This document shows, piece by piece, positions 25,879 through 41,525 of a stretch of 64,000 nucleotides of DNA. Position 1 is the stretch's first letter. Each line of letters begins with the position of its first letter. Source of the stretch: Octopus sinensis. Lineage: Eukaryota. Made by a program: the position numbers and the translations under genes. The stretch lies in contig NC_043004.1 in NCBI RefSeq assembly GCF_006345805.1, positions 10,416,001 to 10,480,000 of the forward strand. Direction: 5' to 3'. The notes under the pieces are model-generated. The model saw nothing but the letters and a program-made list of their open reading frames with translations, had not been told where the DNA came from and did not search any database.

Positions 25879-26479
25879 TATATATATACGTATATGTACA
25901 TACATCTATACGTATATACATAGGCATATGTGGGTTCATGATGTCACGGAACGTAAAGAACATAAAAAGACGAAAACATGAGATACAGATTACGAATACA
26001 TGAATATGAACTTTTTTTGCAACAACGAAAGAAAAATGGAAAACAAGACAAATAACTTTCTCAGTTGTCGGCTGTTTTTCTAATCCGTATTTCGAGTAAT
26101 TCTACAAGATATGCCTTCGATAAAACAGTTGCTCCCGCAAAGCAAATTAAAGAAAATTTGGGATTTTGCGGAGGGTCAAAATTGGTAACAAAAACAGGAC
26201 AGTGAAAGCCTAAACGAGGTGAGGTGGTGAATGCAAAGAAGCAAGCTTGGATAAGACACAGAAAAGAATGCATCTGATTCGTCCAGCTGAATCAGAAAGA
26301 AAGAAACGCGAGTTAGGACTCTCCCTCACTTGTCCTCCTTTGCTCTCTCGTGGCTCTCACGCGACCATCGGCCATCTTTCTTTTCCTAACTTTCTTTTCT
26401 CTATGTCATATATTCCATCTTTTAAAAGAAAATTCATCTTTTCCTGTGATAATCTGTCCGAATGTTTCAATTACCTCTT

Positions 26480-27400
26480 CTCTATTTAAGAGAATGTTTT
26501 ATTGATTATGAAAAGCTCAAAACGCTTAAATAAGTGATGATCAGTAGGAGAGATATCAGGGGAATAGGATGGAGGATGCAAAATCTCATATTTCAGGCTT
26601 TGCAAATGTTGGACCGTACCTTGAAGAGTGTGAGGGCGTGCATTGTCGTCGAGCAAAATTGGGCCATTCCTATTCACTAGTCTGGGTTGATTCTTTTTCA
26701 AATTCTCATGCATACAATCAATTTCCTGGCAATACGATGTTGCTGTTACCGTTTTTCCTTGTTGCAAAAATGAGTAATGACCACCATATCGTGACCATTA
26801 ACATTTTAGGGTGCAATGGTGAGTTTGGGTAGTGTTTAGGTGACTCTCCTGCATCAAATCACTGTCCTGCTCTCCTGTTGTTGTCAAAGAGTATCCATTT
26901 CTCATCACAAGTAATGATTTGATGCAAAAATGTTATTTTTCCAGTCGAGAAAGCGATAAGGAGTACACTTCCAGGCGTCTGTTTTTTTTAATCTTGTTCA
27001 GTTGATGTGGAACAAACCTATCCGTTTTCTTGACTTTTCCAATTTTTTACAGGTGCCCAAAAACTGTTGTGCGAGATGTTTGGAGTTCTGATGAAAGTTT
27101 TCGAACCTTTGTTCTTGGATTTTGTTCAAGCAAACCATTTAATCCATCATGCCGAATAACTGAGTTTGGCCTATCCCTTGGTTTATTTTCAAGGCTATCA
27201 ACTCCTGAACGAGACCTTTAGAAACATCTTTGAACAGTTCTGATGTCAACAAAAACATTGCCAAAGGCCCGCTTCATATTCCGTGGCGCTTCTGCAGCAG
27301 GGTGACCCAGTTTGTACTCATATGAGAAAATTACTCAACATAGTTTGGTTGTAATCATTTTCAAAAGGACTGTGGATACGAATTTTGCATACCAATATTT
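26480..27400 (-). mobile_element. mariner (DD34D) transposon, decayed
   Basis: Minus-strand translation gives IFSYEYKLGH..., IITCDEKWILFDN, DDNARPH...YSPDISPTD with 34 residues between D2 and D3; several stops and frameshifts. Confidence 0.9.
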
Positions 27401-27509
27401 TTAGGAAAGGAAAAGAGTCAAGATTAAATGCAGGCTGTACATAATTGAGTTTTTAAATGACAGAAATAACAAGAAATTAAAAATTCGACATTTCATGTGA
27501 AACAACTAA

Positions 27510-27577
<68 letters not shown>

Positions 27578-28522
27578 TATATAACAATTAAGGAACGGCC
27601 ATATAGGCCATTCACCCACTAGAAATACAGCCAAAGCTTTCTAACCGCAAATAAAGATCAATTCCGTAAACAAGAAAATTAAAAAAACATTTACCCTGTA
27701 ATTTCTTGTACGGTATAACCGTTTCATCCGCTGTTTAATGGTAAACTAACCTGATTAAATTAAATCAAGCCAATCTTCCATAAGCCCTCGGATTCTTCAG
27801 CAAGAATAGCTCAAGTCGGAACAGATATTTACACGAGCATACCCAATCTTGCCAAGTCAATATCTGACCTAAAATTTTCAATCGTCGCACTCGCGCCAAT
27901 TTATCGGCAGCAAATAATATCAGCCGTCGATTCCATTACGGAATTAACCAAAAAATTCAGATATATCTACATATATATATATGCATATATTTTTTGCATG
28001 CCTATATGTTATCTATATTCCTATATATGGTAAATTTTTAAAGTTTGCATCATATTTGTCAGACGTTGTTTTCAAAGTTCATTGGAGTAGAGAGAGAGAG
28101 AGAGAGAGATTTAAAGCAGCTTAATCTGTTTATTAGAGAGAGAGAAACATTTACAGTTTTTGAGATAGCACTAATCAAATAGGACTGCAAAATATGTAAG
28201 AAAGAAAATAGATAAGAGTAAAGAGTGGAAGCAGTTGCATGGCATGAATGTTTGTAGACAGTCAACAAGCTTTACAAAGGCGAGGAGGGGAGCTGAAAGC
28301 TTCCACAGAGACTAAAATATAATGTGAGACGTTTACAGCGGAGGAAGAATGCTGTGGAGCGTCTTTACTCATATGTATAATACATATAGATAAACACACA
28401 CACACACACGCACACACATTTATTATATTTGTCTTCCAAAAGCGTCTCAACCTCAAGGCAAGTTAATAAATAATTTTTAGTTTCCTGCATATTCAGACTC
28501 TTTTCCTTATAAATATATAAAT

Positions 28523-28567
<45 letters not shown>

Positions 28568-28680
28568 CATACATACTTATGTGTGTGTATGTATGTGTAT
28601 ATATATATATATACTGTATGTGTATATATATATATATATACACACACACATATACATACATATTTATGTGTGTGTGTATG

Positions 28681-28722
<42 letters not shown>

Positions 28723-28864
28723 ACATTGAACACATGTAAGACAGGAATTAAAAGTTGATTGTGAGTAAATACTTGTGACTTAGCTGGAGTTTTCTATAGC
28801 TTTTCCTTATTAAAATATTGTGTATTGAAATCAGTTCGTTCGTTTTGAACAACCCTGTATATAT

Positions 28865-29064
28865 ACATACATTCGCTATGATAGATCTCTAACCACTACA
28901 CATTCTTTATTTTCTCTCCTTGTTTCTTTCTGTGTTCCTTTGTTTGGAAGAGCATAAGCTCGAAACGTTAAAGCCTTTTTCACTTCCCGAGCGTTATACT
29001 AATGCATCGGTTTGTTGTCTACAGCACCTGACTTCGTCTATTGTTTTTTTTGTGTGAATTCTCC

Positions 29065-29075
<11 letters not shown>
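28865..29075 (+). mobile_element. Possible Penelope-type terminal repeat relic with a degenerate hammerhead-like scaffold
   Basis: CTTT...GAGC-ATAA-GCTC-GAAACGT-T-AAAG at 28938-28973. Confidence 0.4.
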
Positions 29076-29106
<31 letters not shown>

Positions 29107-29167
29107 ATACATACACATATGCATATGTATATATATTCATATCACAGTGTCACTGTATCGACTAGAG

Positions 29168-29439
29168 CAGTGCTTCTCAAACTTTTCAAGGTTGCCGCCC
29201 CCTTAGCTCCCAAATCCCATTCTTAGCGCTCCCTCCACACTCACCACCACAAACATAGACCTAATTCAAAACAACTGTATTTCATAAATGAAACTTCACC
29301 TAATGAACCCATTATTAGTTTGTTTTTACATCCAGCGCCACCTTTTGGCCATCCCATTATCACCCCACTTTTATTCAGTGCCCCTTGGATCTCTTCACCG
29401 CACCCAACGGGAGAGTACTGCTAACATTGAGAGCAACTG
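29168..29439. mobile_element. hAT-family MITE (272 bp) with 8-bp target-site duplication
   Basis: TIRs CAGTGCTTCTCAA / TTGAGAGCAACTG; flanks GACTAGAG (29160-29167) and TACTAGAG (29440-29447). Confidence 0.85.
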
Positions 29440-29904
29440 TACTAGAGCATCATAGGCTGTTGTACACCTCTGGTCACAATGCGCTTCTATCCTGTTTGCC
29501 CCGTTCTTTTCGCTCTTGAACGAAATCGCTTGACTAAATCGTCTTTCGGTCGTCTTGGAGGCCTTCAAAGTGGTCTTTTCCGATATTTTGAGTACCACTG
29601 GGCAACTGTGTGCACCACGTGTTGTCTGTGAGTCTTGTAACATGTCTGGCTCAACGAAACCTCTACTCACGATGTTCTGGAACCATATCATTCACTCGCT
29701 CCGTCCTCGAATTCGTTCACTTCGAATATCTTCTCCGGTTCTCCTAATGACATTGTACTCATCGCTGAAACCACAAGCCATCTGCAGACCAGGTTTACAG
29801 AGCTGAACACTCATAGCTTAGCAGTAGGTCTTAAAATAAAGAGAATGAAAACAAAATTTATGAGTCAGAAGACGTAGCACAAGGCCGAATAGAGGTTGCG
29901 AAGC

Positions 29905-30160
29905 AACGATATCGAAGAGGTAAAGGAGTATGTCTACTTAGGGCACACAGTGAATATGCACTGAGATATGTTGAAATCTCAAAGAGGATGAAAGGTGTTT
30001 ACTTCAATAAAGGATGTAATCAAAACAATGCTAGACAATACCAGATGTACTACACTCTTCGATAACACGTCCTACATGCGCGCTCTTATATGCAAGTGAG
30101 ACTTGGGCTATTACGACGAGGATAGAATATTAACTGGCTACGACGCAGAGGGACATGGAA
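29905..30160 (+). pseudogene. RTE-clade LINE ORF relic (post-RT region)
   Basis: DIEEVKEYVYLG and YASETWAITT...TQRDME motifs, with stops and frameshifts. Confidence 0.65.
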
Positions 30161-30329
30161 TATATATTTTCTAAGCCTTCTACTTATTCGATCGGACCCT
30201 TTTTGCTAGTAGTATGTATGTGAACAACATTGTCAAACACAGATACATCAAATACTTTAAAAATAAAGAATTGCTTTATTCAAATTATCTCCACCTCTAG
30301 AAGATGTATCTTAGCCACTAAAGGGAAAT

Positions 30330-30790
30330 TGAGGACCGCTCCATGGTGGAAGAGGAGTGTCAAGAATTAAGAATTTTTCAAAGTCGACATGCTCTTACAG
30401 AAACGGACAGGCTTATTCTTTAGAGAAAACATCCGGGAAGGATGAACTGTGATATGCAGTGATATATATCTGGAAAATCCCGGAAGCACTTGTACGAAAG
30501 GTTGGCAATGAAAGGTATAGAATAACAGAATGGGGCGTCAATGCATAGTGCTAACGATGTCTACATCACTATCAAGATACAAGGCCAGATACTGTGACAG
30601 CTTAGGGTTCAACGACCCACAGCCCTTCAATATCCTCTCGACATTCGTGGCAGACCTACAAGGGGTGGATGTTGGAGTCTTCAAAACAAAAGTGTATCCC
30701 TTCTTGTCAAGAGTTGCAGCGAGACACACAAATGAGGGCACCGTTAGCAAACTCTCTTATTCACCAAATGTCGTACGTCAGAGGAGATTT
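30330..30790 (+). pseudogene. CR1/L2-group LINE ORF2 C-terminal relic
   Basis: RYCDSLGFNDPQPFNILSTFVADLQGVDVGVFKTKVYPFLSRV resembles the SLxxRGPxLFNxLP...FKxxLDxFL motif. Confidence 0.6.
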
Positions 30791-31039
30791 TCAAGTAATT
30801 AAAACGTACCAAAACTAATAGCCGTGCCTCATCATGGCCGCAGCATTCGAGCAGAAGCTAGTAAAACACTACAAGGATATACATTGACTGACTGGTTGTC
30901 CAAGATTGGTCAAATTGATGTTGACACCTTTGATAAGAACGCTATCAATTTCGAAAATCGATTAATGCTGTGCAAAAGTTTTTTACAATTTACGGAAAAT
31001 AGGTAAATTTGCCCTATTTACATATCTGCTGCATAGGTT

Positions 31040-32535
<1,496 letters not shown>

Positions 32536-33294
32536 GTATTGGTATGTATACACACGTACTTGTCTTATAGACAAGTGGGCTTTAATCATCAAAGTAGAAA
32601 CGTTGAAATGCATCACTGAACGTAGTTATTGTCTTTTTGTTGGGTGACTTAAGTTGGAGAAAAGTATGGTCGAGGAGAGCAAGTTGGCAATTAGCAACGC
32701 TTAGAGTAACAAGTCATGTATTCCTTTGAAGTGGTCAAATGATCGGGAAAAGCATTAAAAGAACGCGATTGGACTTTGCAGGTGCGAGGGAGGAATGGTT
32801 GTGGCGTCGATATTTTTGGTCTTTTGTGTTAAAGAGGAACATTGAAAGACACGTATATAAAGGTATCACGATGACGTAGTGGTGGTGGTGGTGGGCTGTA
32901 GAATACGGATGTAAGATAGGAAAGAGAGAAGAAATATAAGACGCTAATGAAGTAGATCTCAGAAGAAAGGAGATGAAAATACGATTGAGTATTAGGTGTG
33001 ATATAGGAGAAGAAAGAGGAAGGATATGGTAATCGGTTGAAGAGGAGAATAATAGGTAACGAACAGCACAAAAGGTGAAATCGAACTAATGAAAATAAAA
33101 ATGACAAACATAATAGAAGAGAGGTGGCTTGACAGTCATCCCCTATTCACTATTGTTCCACTTTCTTTCACTTGGTGGTAAACTTTGGCAAATTTTTCAC
33201 AGTTTGAGCCTTAGATTAAGATCTGTTCTAGCGTCTGGTTTTGCGGCACTATCAGGTGTCTTTCCGCCTTTTAAAAATAGCAACATCGCTACAG

Positions 33295-33650
33295 ACGTAG
33301 ATATGGCTATGTGGTTAAGAAACTTCCTTTTTCAGCCACTTTGTCTCTGGTTCAGTTACAATGCGCAACTAACTGGGCAAGTGTCCCTTACAATATCTCC
33401 GAGCTGACCAGTGCTTTAAGAGGGAATTTGATAGACAGAAATTGAATAGAAATCCGTTGTATATATTGTTTTGTTTTTCACGTCCTCTGTAACTTCGCAG
33501 TTTGGCAAAAAAAACAACAAAAGGACCCGAAAGAATAAGTAGAAAGCTTAGAAAATAAATACTGGGGTCGATTTGATCGACTTAAACCTTTAGAGTCGGT
33601 GCCCCAGCATCGCCGCAGTCCAGTGATTGACACTAGTAATACGATAAAAT
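33295..33650 (+). mobile_element. SINE family A, old degenerate copy
   Basis: ATGGCTATGTGGTTAAGAA head, GGGCAAGTGTC, and GGTGCCCCAGCATCGCCGCAGTC tail. Confidence 0.6.
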
Positions 33651-34151
33651 ATATCTCAAGATGAGCCATGACAGAATCCTGGGAGTAGTTCACCTTCTCC
33701 CTATGTGGGCATAGAGTGGATTGGATGCGGAGTGAATAATAGCGAACTTACCAACTTCAAATAATTTCGAATCTTGACTATGTCTACAACCAATTTCTAA
33801 TACACATCACTCTGGATATTGTGGCTATTGTTGTTGTTAGCCCCAGGTCAAACTTATGAACGGAGTTTCGCTAACCATGACCATCTCATGCTTTTCCTAT
33901 ATGCTGGGCACATATACCATCTAACGGACTTTTCCTGTAAAGCAGCTGCATCTAGTTTCAAGATTTGATTGCTTTTTCTAGCAGGTTGAGTGATGATAAA
34001 GTGGCTCCCTCGATAGTTGGTCATGCAATTTTTTAAGTGGTTACATGTGATGGGTTGTTAATTCATTTCTAAAATACAGTAGTGAGTTACAGGAAGTGAT
34101 TTCGTTCGGTTGGCAGAATTTGGTGGGCAGTACTTATTTCTGTTCTTCGAG

Positions 34152-34198
<47 letters not shown>

Positions 34199-34437
34199 TA
34201 CATTACATACACACGCACACACAAAGGCAGACACATACATAAACAAACATGCAAATAGATATACGCACTTATATGTATATTTACAGAAGCGCACACACAT
34301 ATATGTATGTACACATATTCGAACATGGCTGTCTATTAAATTCAGTAAAGACGAACTTCACTTCGTTTTCTTTTCATCATGATTTATAATTTTGGTTTCT
34401 TAAGTAAATATCTCTTCTTAAAGAGTAGCAGCAACGC

Positions 34438-34923
34438 ACCAGTTACGCACTGGGGTCGATGTAATCGACTTAATCCGTTTGTCCGTCTTTGTTTGTCCCC
34501 TCTGTGTTTAGCCGCTTGTGAGCAGTAAAGAAATGAGAAACGTTAGCACGCCAAGTGAAATGCTTGGCGGTATTTCGTCTGCGTTACGTTGTGAGTTCAA
34601 ATTCCGCCGAGGTCGACTTTGCCTTTCATCCTTTCGGGGTCGATAAATTAAGTACCAGTTACGAACTGGGGTCGATGTAATCGACTTAATACCTACGTCT
34701 GTCCTTGTTTGTTCCCTCTGTGTTTAGCCCCTTGTGGGTAATAAAGAAATAGGTATTTCGTCTGCCGCTACGTTCTGAATTCAAATTCCGTCGAGGTCGA
34801 ATTTGCCTTTCATCCTTTCGGGGTCGATTAAATAAGTACCAGTTACGCACTGGGGTCGATATACTCTACTTAATCCCTTTGTTTGTCCCCTCTATGTTTA
34901 GCCCCTTGTGGACAATAAAGAAA
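34438..34923 (+). mobile_element. Head-to-tail trimer of SINE family B units
   Basis: Units at about 34438-34534, 34535-34750 and 34751-34923, each ending in (A/G)TAAAGAAA and each 5'-truncated. Confidence 0.9.
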
Positions 34924-35329
34924 GTGTAGCAGCAAGAAAGGCATATCCGTGTTGGACACCGAAGAATCGCCTCTGCGATTGCTTATACTAAACACCATTT
35001 GTAACCTCACCATCGGTATTTCATTGTTACAGATGCGCTTGATAACTCAACTGTCTCATCAGTAATGGTCACCCTTGGTACCCATGTTCGATAAACCCCA
35101 CTGTGGATAAAAAATATATGCACAGTTAACAATGGTGTAGCTAAGTTGACTGCTGCTTGGCGACCAGTGATTGAACACACGGCCCCAGGTTCTCCCAGGG
35201 TTAAACACATTTGTACATCAGACCCAAAAGTGCCCTCCATCTCGCCAAAAAAGAAAATAACAAAAAAAAGACAGATCGCCTCTGCACCTTCTCCCCCACC
35301 TACGTTACTGCAATTAAGTATTATACAGG

Positions 35330-35592
35330 CGCTGGATGTGCATTTCTCTGTATCTCTAGCAACTCTGGTAGCACCCTGCAGCTGCAGAAGGCCACGGGAA
35401 ATTACATTAAAGAGAGCGGTATAGCTTCTTTATGTCGCATAGTGTATTCTTCAAGTCTTTGTCTTCTTGCATTCTCCCACAAAGCAGCAAGTTGTTTTGC
35501 TCAAGAACACAACGCGTCGCCCCACCCAGGATTCGAAACCACAATCTTACGATTATGAGTGCAACACCCTAACTACCGAGTCATGTGCCTCC
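35330..35592 (-). mobile_element. SINE family C/D
   Basis: TTTTGCTCAAGAACACAACGCG...GGATTCGAAACC...CCCTAACTACCGAG is an inverse tRNA head. Confidence 0.7.
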
Positions 35593-35962
35593 AAAGAATA
35601 GTGTGTATTAATGTTGTGTGATTTTACTTTTAGCGTAGATTAGTGTAGTGTAGAATAATGATTGAAGTGTACGCGGGCCACCCTTCTGTTGTTAAAAAGA
35701 TACATATGTTCTGATAAGAATTCCAAGTCCACCACTCTCAAGGTGATCACGTAATGCACCCATTCATCATATCGAGTAATTTTATGTGTCCTTTGGTCTT
35801 ATCTCAGTTTTTACTCTTCTGAATTTCAAGAAAGTCTCATCACTCCGCTTACTTGATGGAGATATCAGCTTAACCACCGAGGACCCGACCACAACGCATT
35901 TGTTTTGCACTTAGTACTTTTAATGTATTGCTAGTATCACTATATATGAATCGATACAAATT

Positions 35963-36029
<67 letters not shown>

Positions 36030-36255
36030 AATGCGTATATGTAAAATTTCACACATACACCACGCTCACTCAAACAAATAAATGAGTGTGTCAAAAGTAG
36101 TATCTGTAAACAAGATTTACTCGAAGAGCAAAGCAATTAGAAATAACAAGAGCAGTCTGACAAATGTTGTTAAATATGTGTGGCACCATACACAATTAAT
36201 TTCCCTTGAAGTATTTCAATCACTAGATATAGTCATATGATCGATTAGCTCAACT

Positions 36256-36321
<66 letters not shown>

Positions 36322-36419
36322 ATATACACACTTATGCGTATGTGTATATACGTGTGCGTCTATACGTGTGTGCATCTGCGAATCTATGCATGAATATGTG
36401 TACATATATGTGTATATCA

Positions 36420-36779
36420 TTTATATATGTGTGTTTAAATATATATATATATCAACAATAATAATAATTATTATTATTAATGTTTATATATATATATATC
36501 TATATCTATATATATCTATCTATATATATATATATATACATACATATATAAATATATCTATATCTACATATATACATATATATTTATACCTATATATATA
36601 TATATATATGTATGTAAATATATATATATATTTACATATACAGATATAACTATATGTGTATGTATGTGTGTATATATATGTATATATATATATATGTATA
36701 TATATGTATATATATATACATATATATATCTATATCTATTTCTATATGTATATATATATGTATATATATATGTGTGTGC

Positions 36780-36810
<31 letters not shown>

Positions 36811-36850
36811 ATATATGTAAATATATTTGTATGTGCGTGTGTGTGTGTGT
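36420..36850. repeat. Compound (TA)n/(TG)n microsatellite
   Basis: Direct reading. Confidence 0.9.
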
Positions 36851-37159
36851 AAAGAGGACGTATGGAAGGGTGGGAGATAATGAAATTCTGAGAGAATAGA
36901 TATTCTAAAATTTAATGTTAAACAGAATTCACAAAGGAGTTTTTCAAGCAATTTATTACAAATGTACTTAAATCAACTTGAATCAACATCTCTGTTAGAT
37001 AGACATGAAATACGGAGTTAGATTTCTTTTGTTTCGTATTTCAATGATTTCAAGTGTCAATATGATCGTCACTCAAGACATTTAACCAGTTTGCATTTTG
37101 GGCGCTTGTAATGTGATTGATAGAAGGCATATATGTTGTTCGTGTTTTTAAAGTATATG

Positions 37160-37376
37160 TTGGTTTCAAAATTTTGGTAAGAAGCCAACAGTTTCAGAGG
37201 AGTGGGTAAGTCGATTACATCGACCCTAAAATTCAAATGGTACTTATTTTATCAACCCCGAAAGTATGAAAAGCAAAGTCGACCTCGGCGGAATTTGAAC
37301 TCGGAACGTTAAGACGGACGAAATGCCGCTAAGCATTTTGCCCAGCGTGGTAACGATTCTGTCAGCTTCCTGCCTT
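37160..37376 (-). mobile_element. SINE family B
   Basis: GCAAAGTCGACCTCGGCGGAATTTGAACTC core. Confidence 0.85.
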
Positions 37377-37908
37377 AAGCTTGGTTAAATGTTAGCAATA
37401 TATTTTGCATTTAAGCCTTTGTTGTCCAACCGTTGGCCAATATAGATCGGGCTTTTATTAAATGCATATTAATGAGGACCATCCTGTTTTCTTTAACTTT
37501 ATCTAGAACAACCTAGCAATATGAGCTTTCTTATTTTATTGTGTGTGCGTTGTGATTTAAGTAAGATTTGGCTAATATTTCTAGCAGTTCGTAGTCATGA
37601 AGGAGTGATACCTTCATTATAGTTATGTGGGAATATGGGTACAATTTATTATAGAAGTTATACAACACGATTTTATCCATAAACGTTATAATAGTGTGAG
37701 AAGGACAACGCAAGTGTATTAGATTAAATCATTTTAGCCTTAAGGAACATACATTTGAAGTACGGTAATCACTGAAAATCTGACGCTAAACTGTTATCTA
37801 AATTTCCATGCAATTATTCCCAATCAATACGGTAAAATTCAATCATTATTCTACACTAAATTTAGCTATCTAAAATTTAAATTACGCCACACTAATACAT
37901 TAATCTAT

Positions 37909-38060
37909 GGAGGCATATGGCTAAGTGGTTAGGGCGTTGCACGCATGATCGTAAGATTGTGATTTCGATTCCGGAACCGGATGATGCGCTGTATCTTTGA
38001 GCAAAACAACTTCATTTCATGTTACTCCAGTCCACTCAACTGGCAAAAGTAAGTAAGGTT
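37909..38060 (+). mobile_element. SINE family C/D, tRNA-like head
   Basis: A box TGGCTAAGTGG, B-box-like ATTTCGATTCC, then TTGAGCAAAACA. Confidence 0.7.
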
Positions 38061-38804
38061 TGACGGACCGGCTTTCCATTCAGCATGGAATATATACGCC
38101 ACAGAATCCGTGAAACAGTCATTCATGAGCCTATGGATCAAGAATACATTACGCTAAACTGCACACACTATTATATTCCATTATTATATTCTAAACTGCA
38201 CAAACAATTATACTTCAACTAATGCACTAAACTACACTAGGCTAGAGTAAATATTACAGCTAGCATACTTAACTAACATACTACAGAGAAAATTAGGTGC
38301 AACAATTCTACTGTTGTTGATACTCCGTTTTAGCCGCTGGTCAGAAATTATCAAGTAAACAGCATTATTGCCTGCCCCCTTCGTTAGTTAAGTACTAAAA
38401 CATATGATCTGGTGGAGTTTGGGATGTTATTTGTAGCATATTGATAGACACCGAAGAGACTGCCATTTCCTCTATAAATATGTTAGGTTGATGATATATA
38501 TATATAAATAACCTCTAATAAGTAATCCAATAGTTAAAGTCATTATCCATACCACATAGAAAAAATTTAAATATACTATAATAAATATTATTCAAAAAAA
38601 TCACTAAATGAAATAAACATTAAATTGACATACATATATTATATATTGTGAAATTTGATTTAGAATTGCTAAATTGAATTTTTCCCTGTAAGTTTGGAAT
38701 TATATTCCTTACTATTATTATTATTAATAATATTACTATATATATATACATATATATATATGTGTGTGTGTGCGTGTGTGTGTGTGTGTATGTATGTATA
38801 TATA

Positions 38805-38954
<150 letters not shown>

Positions 38955-39521
38955 GCATCGTGGAAAGAGCAGGAGTTCATCTCTATTGTTAAGGAGGCAA
39001 AATAATTGAAGAATCGACTATTGCCTCAATGGTGTACCGTACAGATCATCAAAAGTTCCCCATCAACAAAACACTTGTAGTAAAGAGATAATGGAAACCC
39101 TAAGCTTTAGAAAGTTATAATGAACTGTGATGGTTGCGACTGGAATAAGTACTTGAGATTACTCGATCTGCTAGAATTAGGAGCTACTATTTTGCTTTAG
39201 CATAGTGATACTAATGCTCTGGTGTTAGAACTCAAAATAGATATGCTTCAGAGAAAATCGTTAGTCGAGTACAAAGCGTAATAAGAGATTATTTAGATGA
39301 CAATGAAACGATGCAAAATGAACTTCATTAGCTTACAGCTGTTTCCGCTACAATGTGCAATGCTCTCCTAGATGAGTACTTGTGTATCACTTTGTAGCTT
39401 CGTCGGAGGTTCATATATATAAGTATGTATCCAATACATGGAAACAAGTTCATCTTATAGGGATGGAAACATCCAATTTTCACTGGTTAACTGGTTTAGT
39501 ACCCAATGTATTAGAACATTT

Positions 39522-39725
39522 TTCAGACACACACACATACATATATATATGATAATCAAAGGAAAATGAATAGTTAAACTGACATATGCTAATTTATTAA
39601 CATAATATATTATTATAATATAAATATATTTATAATATTATGTTAATGAATTAACATATGTTAGTTTAACTATCCATTTTCCTTTGATTATCATATATAT
39701 GTATGTATGTGTGTGTGTGTCTGAA
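39522..39725. repeat. 204-bp near-spacerless AT-rich palindrome
   Basis: Arms of about 90 bp with a handful of mismatches; centre TATAAATA|TATTTATA. Confidence 0.95.
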
Positions 39726-41525
39726 GCATATATACTCATGGCTGATATGCCTTTCATCCTTGATCTGCTAGAAGCCTGACCTGGGGCTAAAAGGCATAAA
39801 AAACAACAACATTTACAAAACAAAAGTATCCGTTTTTTTAAAGCTAGATTTCATGGTTGGTGGAGTGGCATGATAACTCTGAGGCACATACTATTATGCT
39901 TGAAATTATTCATGATGATATCCATCTCAACGATGCCAACAACAACAACAAACAAAATCAACATATGCAAACACATCATTGAATGAAATAGCATCAAAAA
40001 TGCAAATTTGTTTAGGTCCGTTATTTTCGTTACATAACCAGAAGAAATACTTGTTCAAATAGAAACCAAGGCGCTACTGAATAAAATAAAAAGTTTCTTG
40101 TTTCTTTTCAACGATGCCCCATAATAAACTCGTACTGTATTGCTTGTTCTGCCAAACTAGATAAGTAATTATTATTTAACTATATTGTCCAAGTATTTTA
40201 AGTTAAAATATTTGTAGGAAATTCTGAGGATAACGGTATATTTGTGTGAACGTATTCTATTCCATTTAATCTTTGGTGGAACCGATTTAGTTTTTCCTAT
40301 AATCTGCATACATATCTCATTTCGTTTTCTTCTAATACCAGCTTTTTGGTTTGCTATAATCTACAGTTATCCAAACAAATTGCATAAAAGACACTTATTC
40401 TTTTGCTGCTTACTTATTGGTTTTCTATCCAAAAATATAAATATGAAAACAACTTTCTGCCTTTAGTAGATATTTAAGATACTAGAGCAAACGATTAAGC
40501 AGTCAATCAAAACAAAAAGAAAAATGGTGGATATAAAGATAAGCGCCCAGTTTATTTTCTTAGTCGAATATGAAGGTTGACGGAGGCATTGTGATAGTTG
40601 AGTTCTTTTAATGACGCCATTATGTGAGTAAAGCCAATCAACTTTCTTAATCACAAATATAGCAATAGCGATAATTCGAGCTATTCATTCGTCTTTGAAT
40701 GTATATAGCATCGGGCCTCTTTTTGTTGTCTTGGGAGAGTCATTACGCCAATAATAATAATACTAGCACATGGACTGGTTCAATTCCACTTCTTTATTAA
40801 TGGTCATTTGTTTAAGCATCTATCCGACTAACTGATCGATCGTTTGCTTAAAGTGTTGGTTAAACAGTCAATCGGCTCGTCTGTTCGTCAGAGTTCATTC
40901 GCTGCTGTTTGCAACATTTGCAGTGACTCATGATCTCACAGCTCGCCTCGAAGGCTGCTTTCGTCTGTTTGAGGCCTCCTAGTTCGACGTCTGTGTATGT
41001 GTGTGAGTGTATATATATAAAGATGTATGTAGATTACGGGTGAGATAAATGAAAGTTTGGGTGTGCGCACAGGCGGTTGTCTGTATTCTATCCAACCTAC
41101 GGGATTATAAGTTTCCCGAATTTTCTCAACTGTAGACGTTCTTGCAGCTAAAATGTTTGACGTTACTATCCAACCCAACTTCCGTAACTTATGAACGTTA
41201 GCAATAATTAGGTTAATTGTTTATATCAAAATATCCCAATCATTGCCAAATTAAATGCTGTCGTTTAACCTCAGGTTGGCCCAGATCCAGATGACCTATA
41301 CACAAAGTCCTACTAGCCTGATCATTCCATCTTTTTACAGACGGTATACCTAGGTCCTGATTATTCAATCGAAGTCTATCTAAAAACAATAAGCTGAGTA
41401 TTGAGGGATATTTAGCTACACTTTCAAACAAGCCGAGCGACCAGGAAGAACCGCGAAGAATGCTGTAGAATTATTTCCGTTAACGTTGTGCTGCATCTTC
41501 TATGAGTTTAGTATTTTAGAGTGGA

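Noticed and set aside
29450-29800. Possible minus-strand AP-endonuclease relic
   Set aside because: Only a vague KDHFEGLQ resemblance.
35007-35260. Possible host exon (TTTCATTGTTACAG acceptor or the 77-aa minus ORF)
   Set aside because: In-frame stop soon after the acceptor, no recognisable domain and no partner exons.
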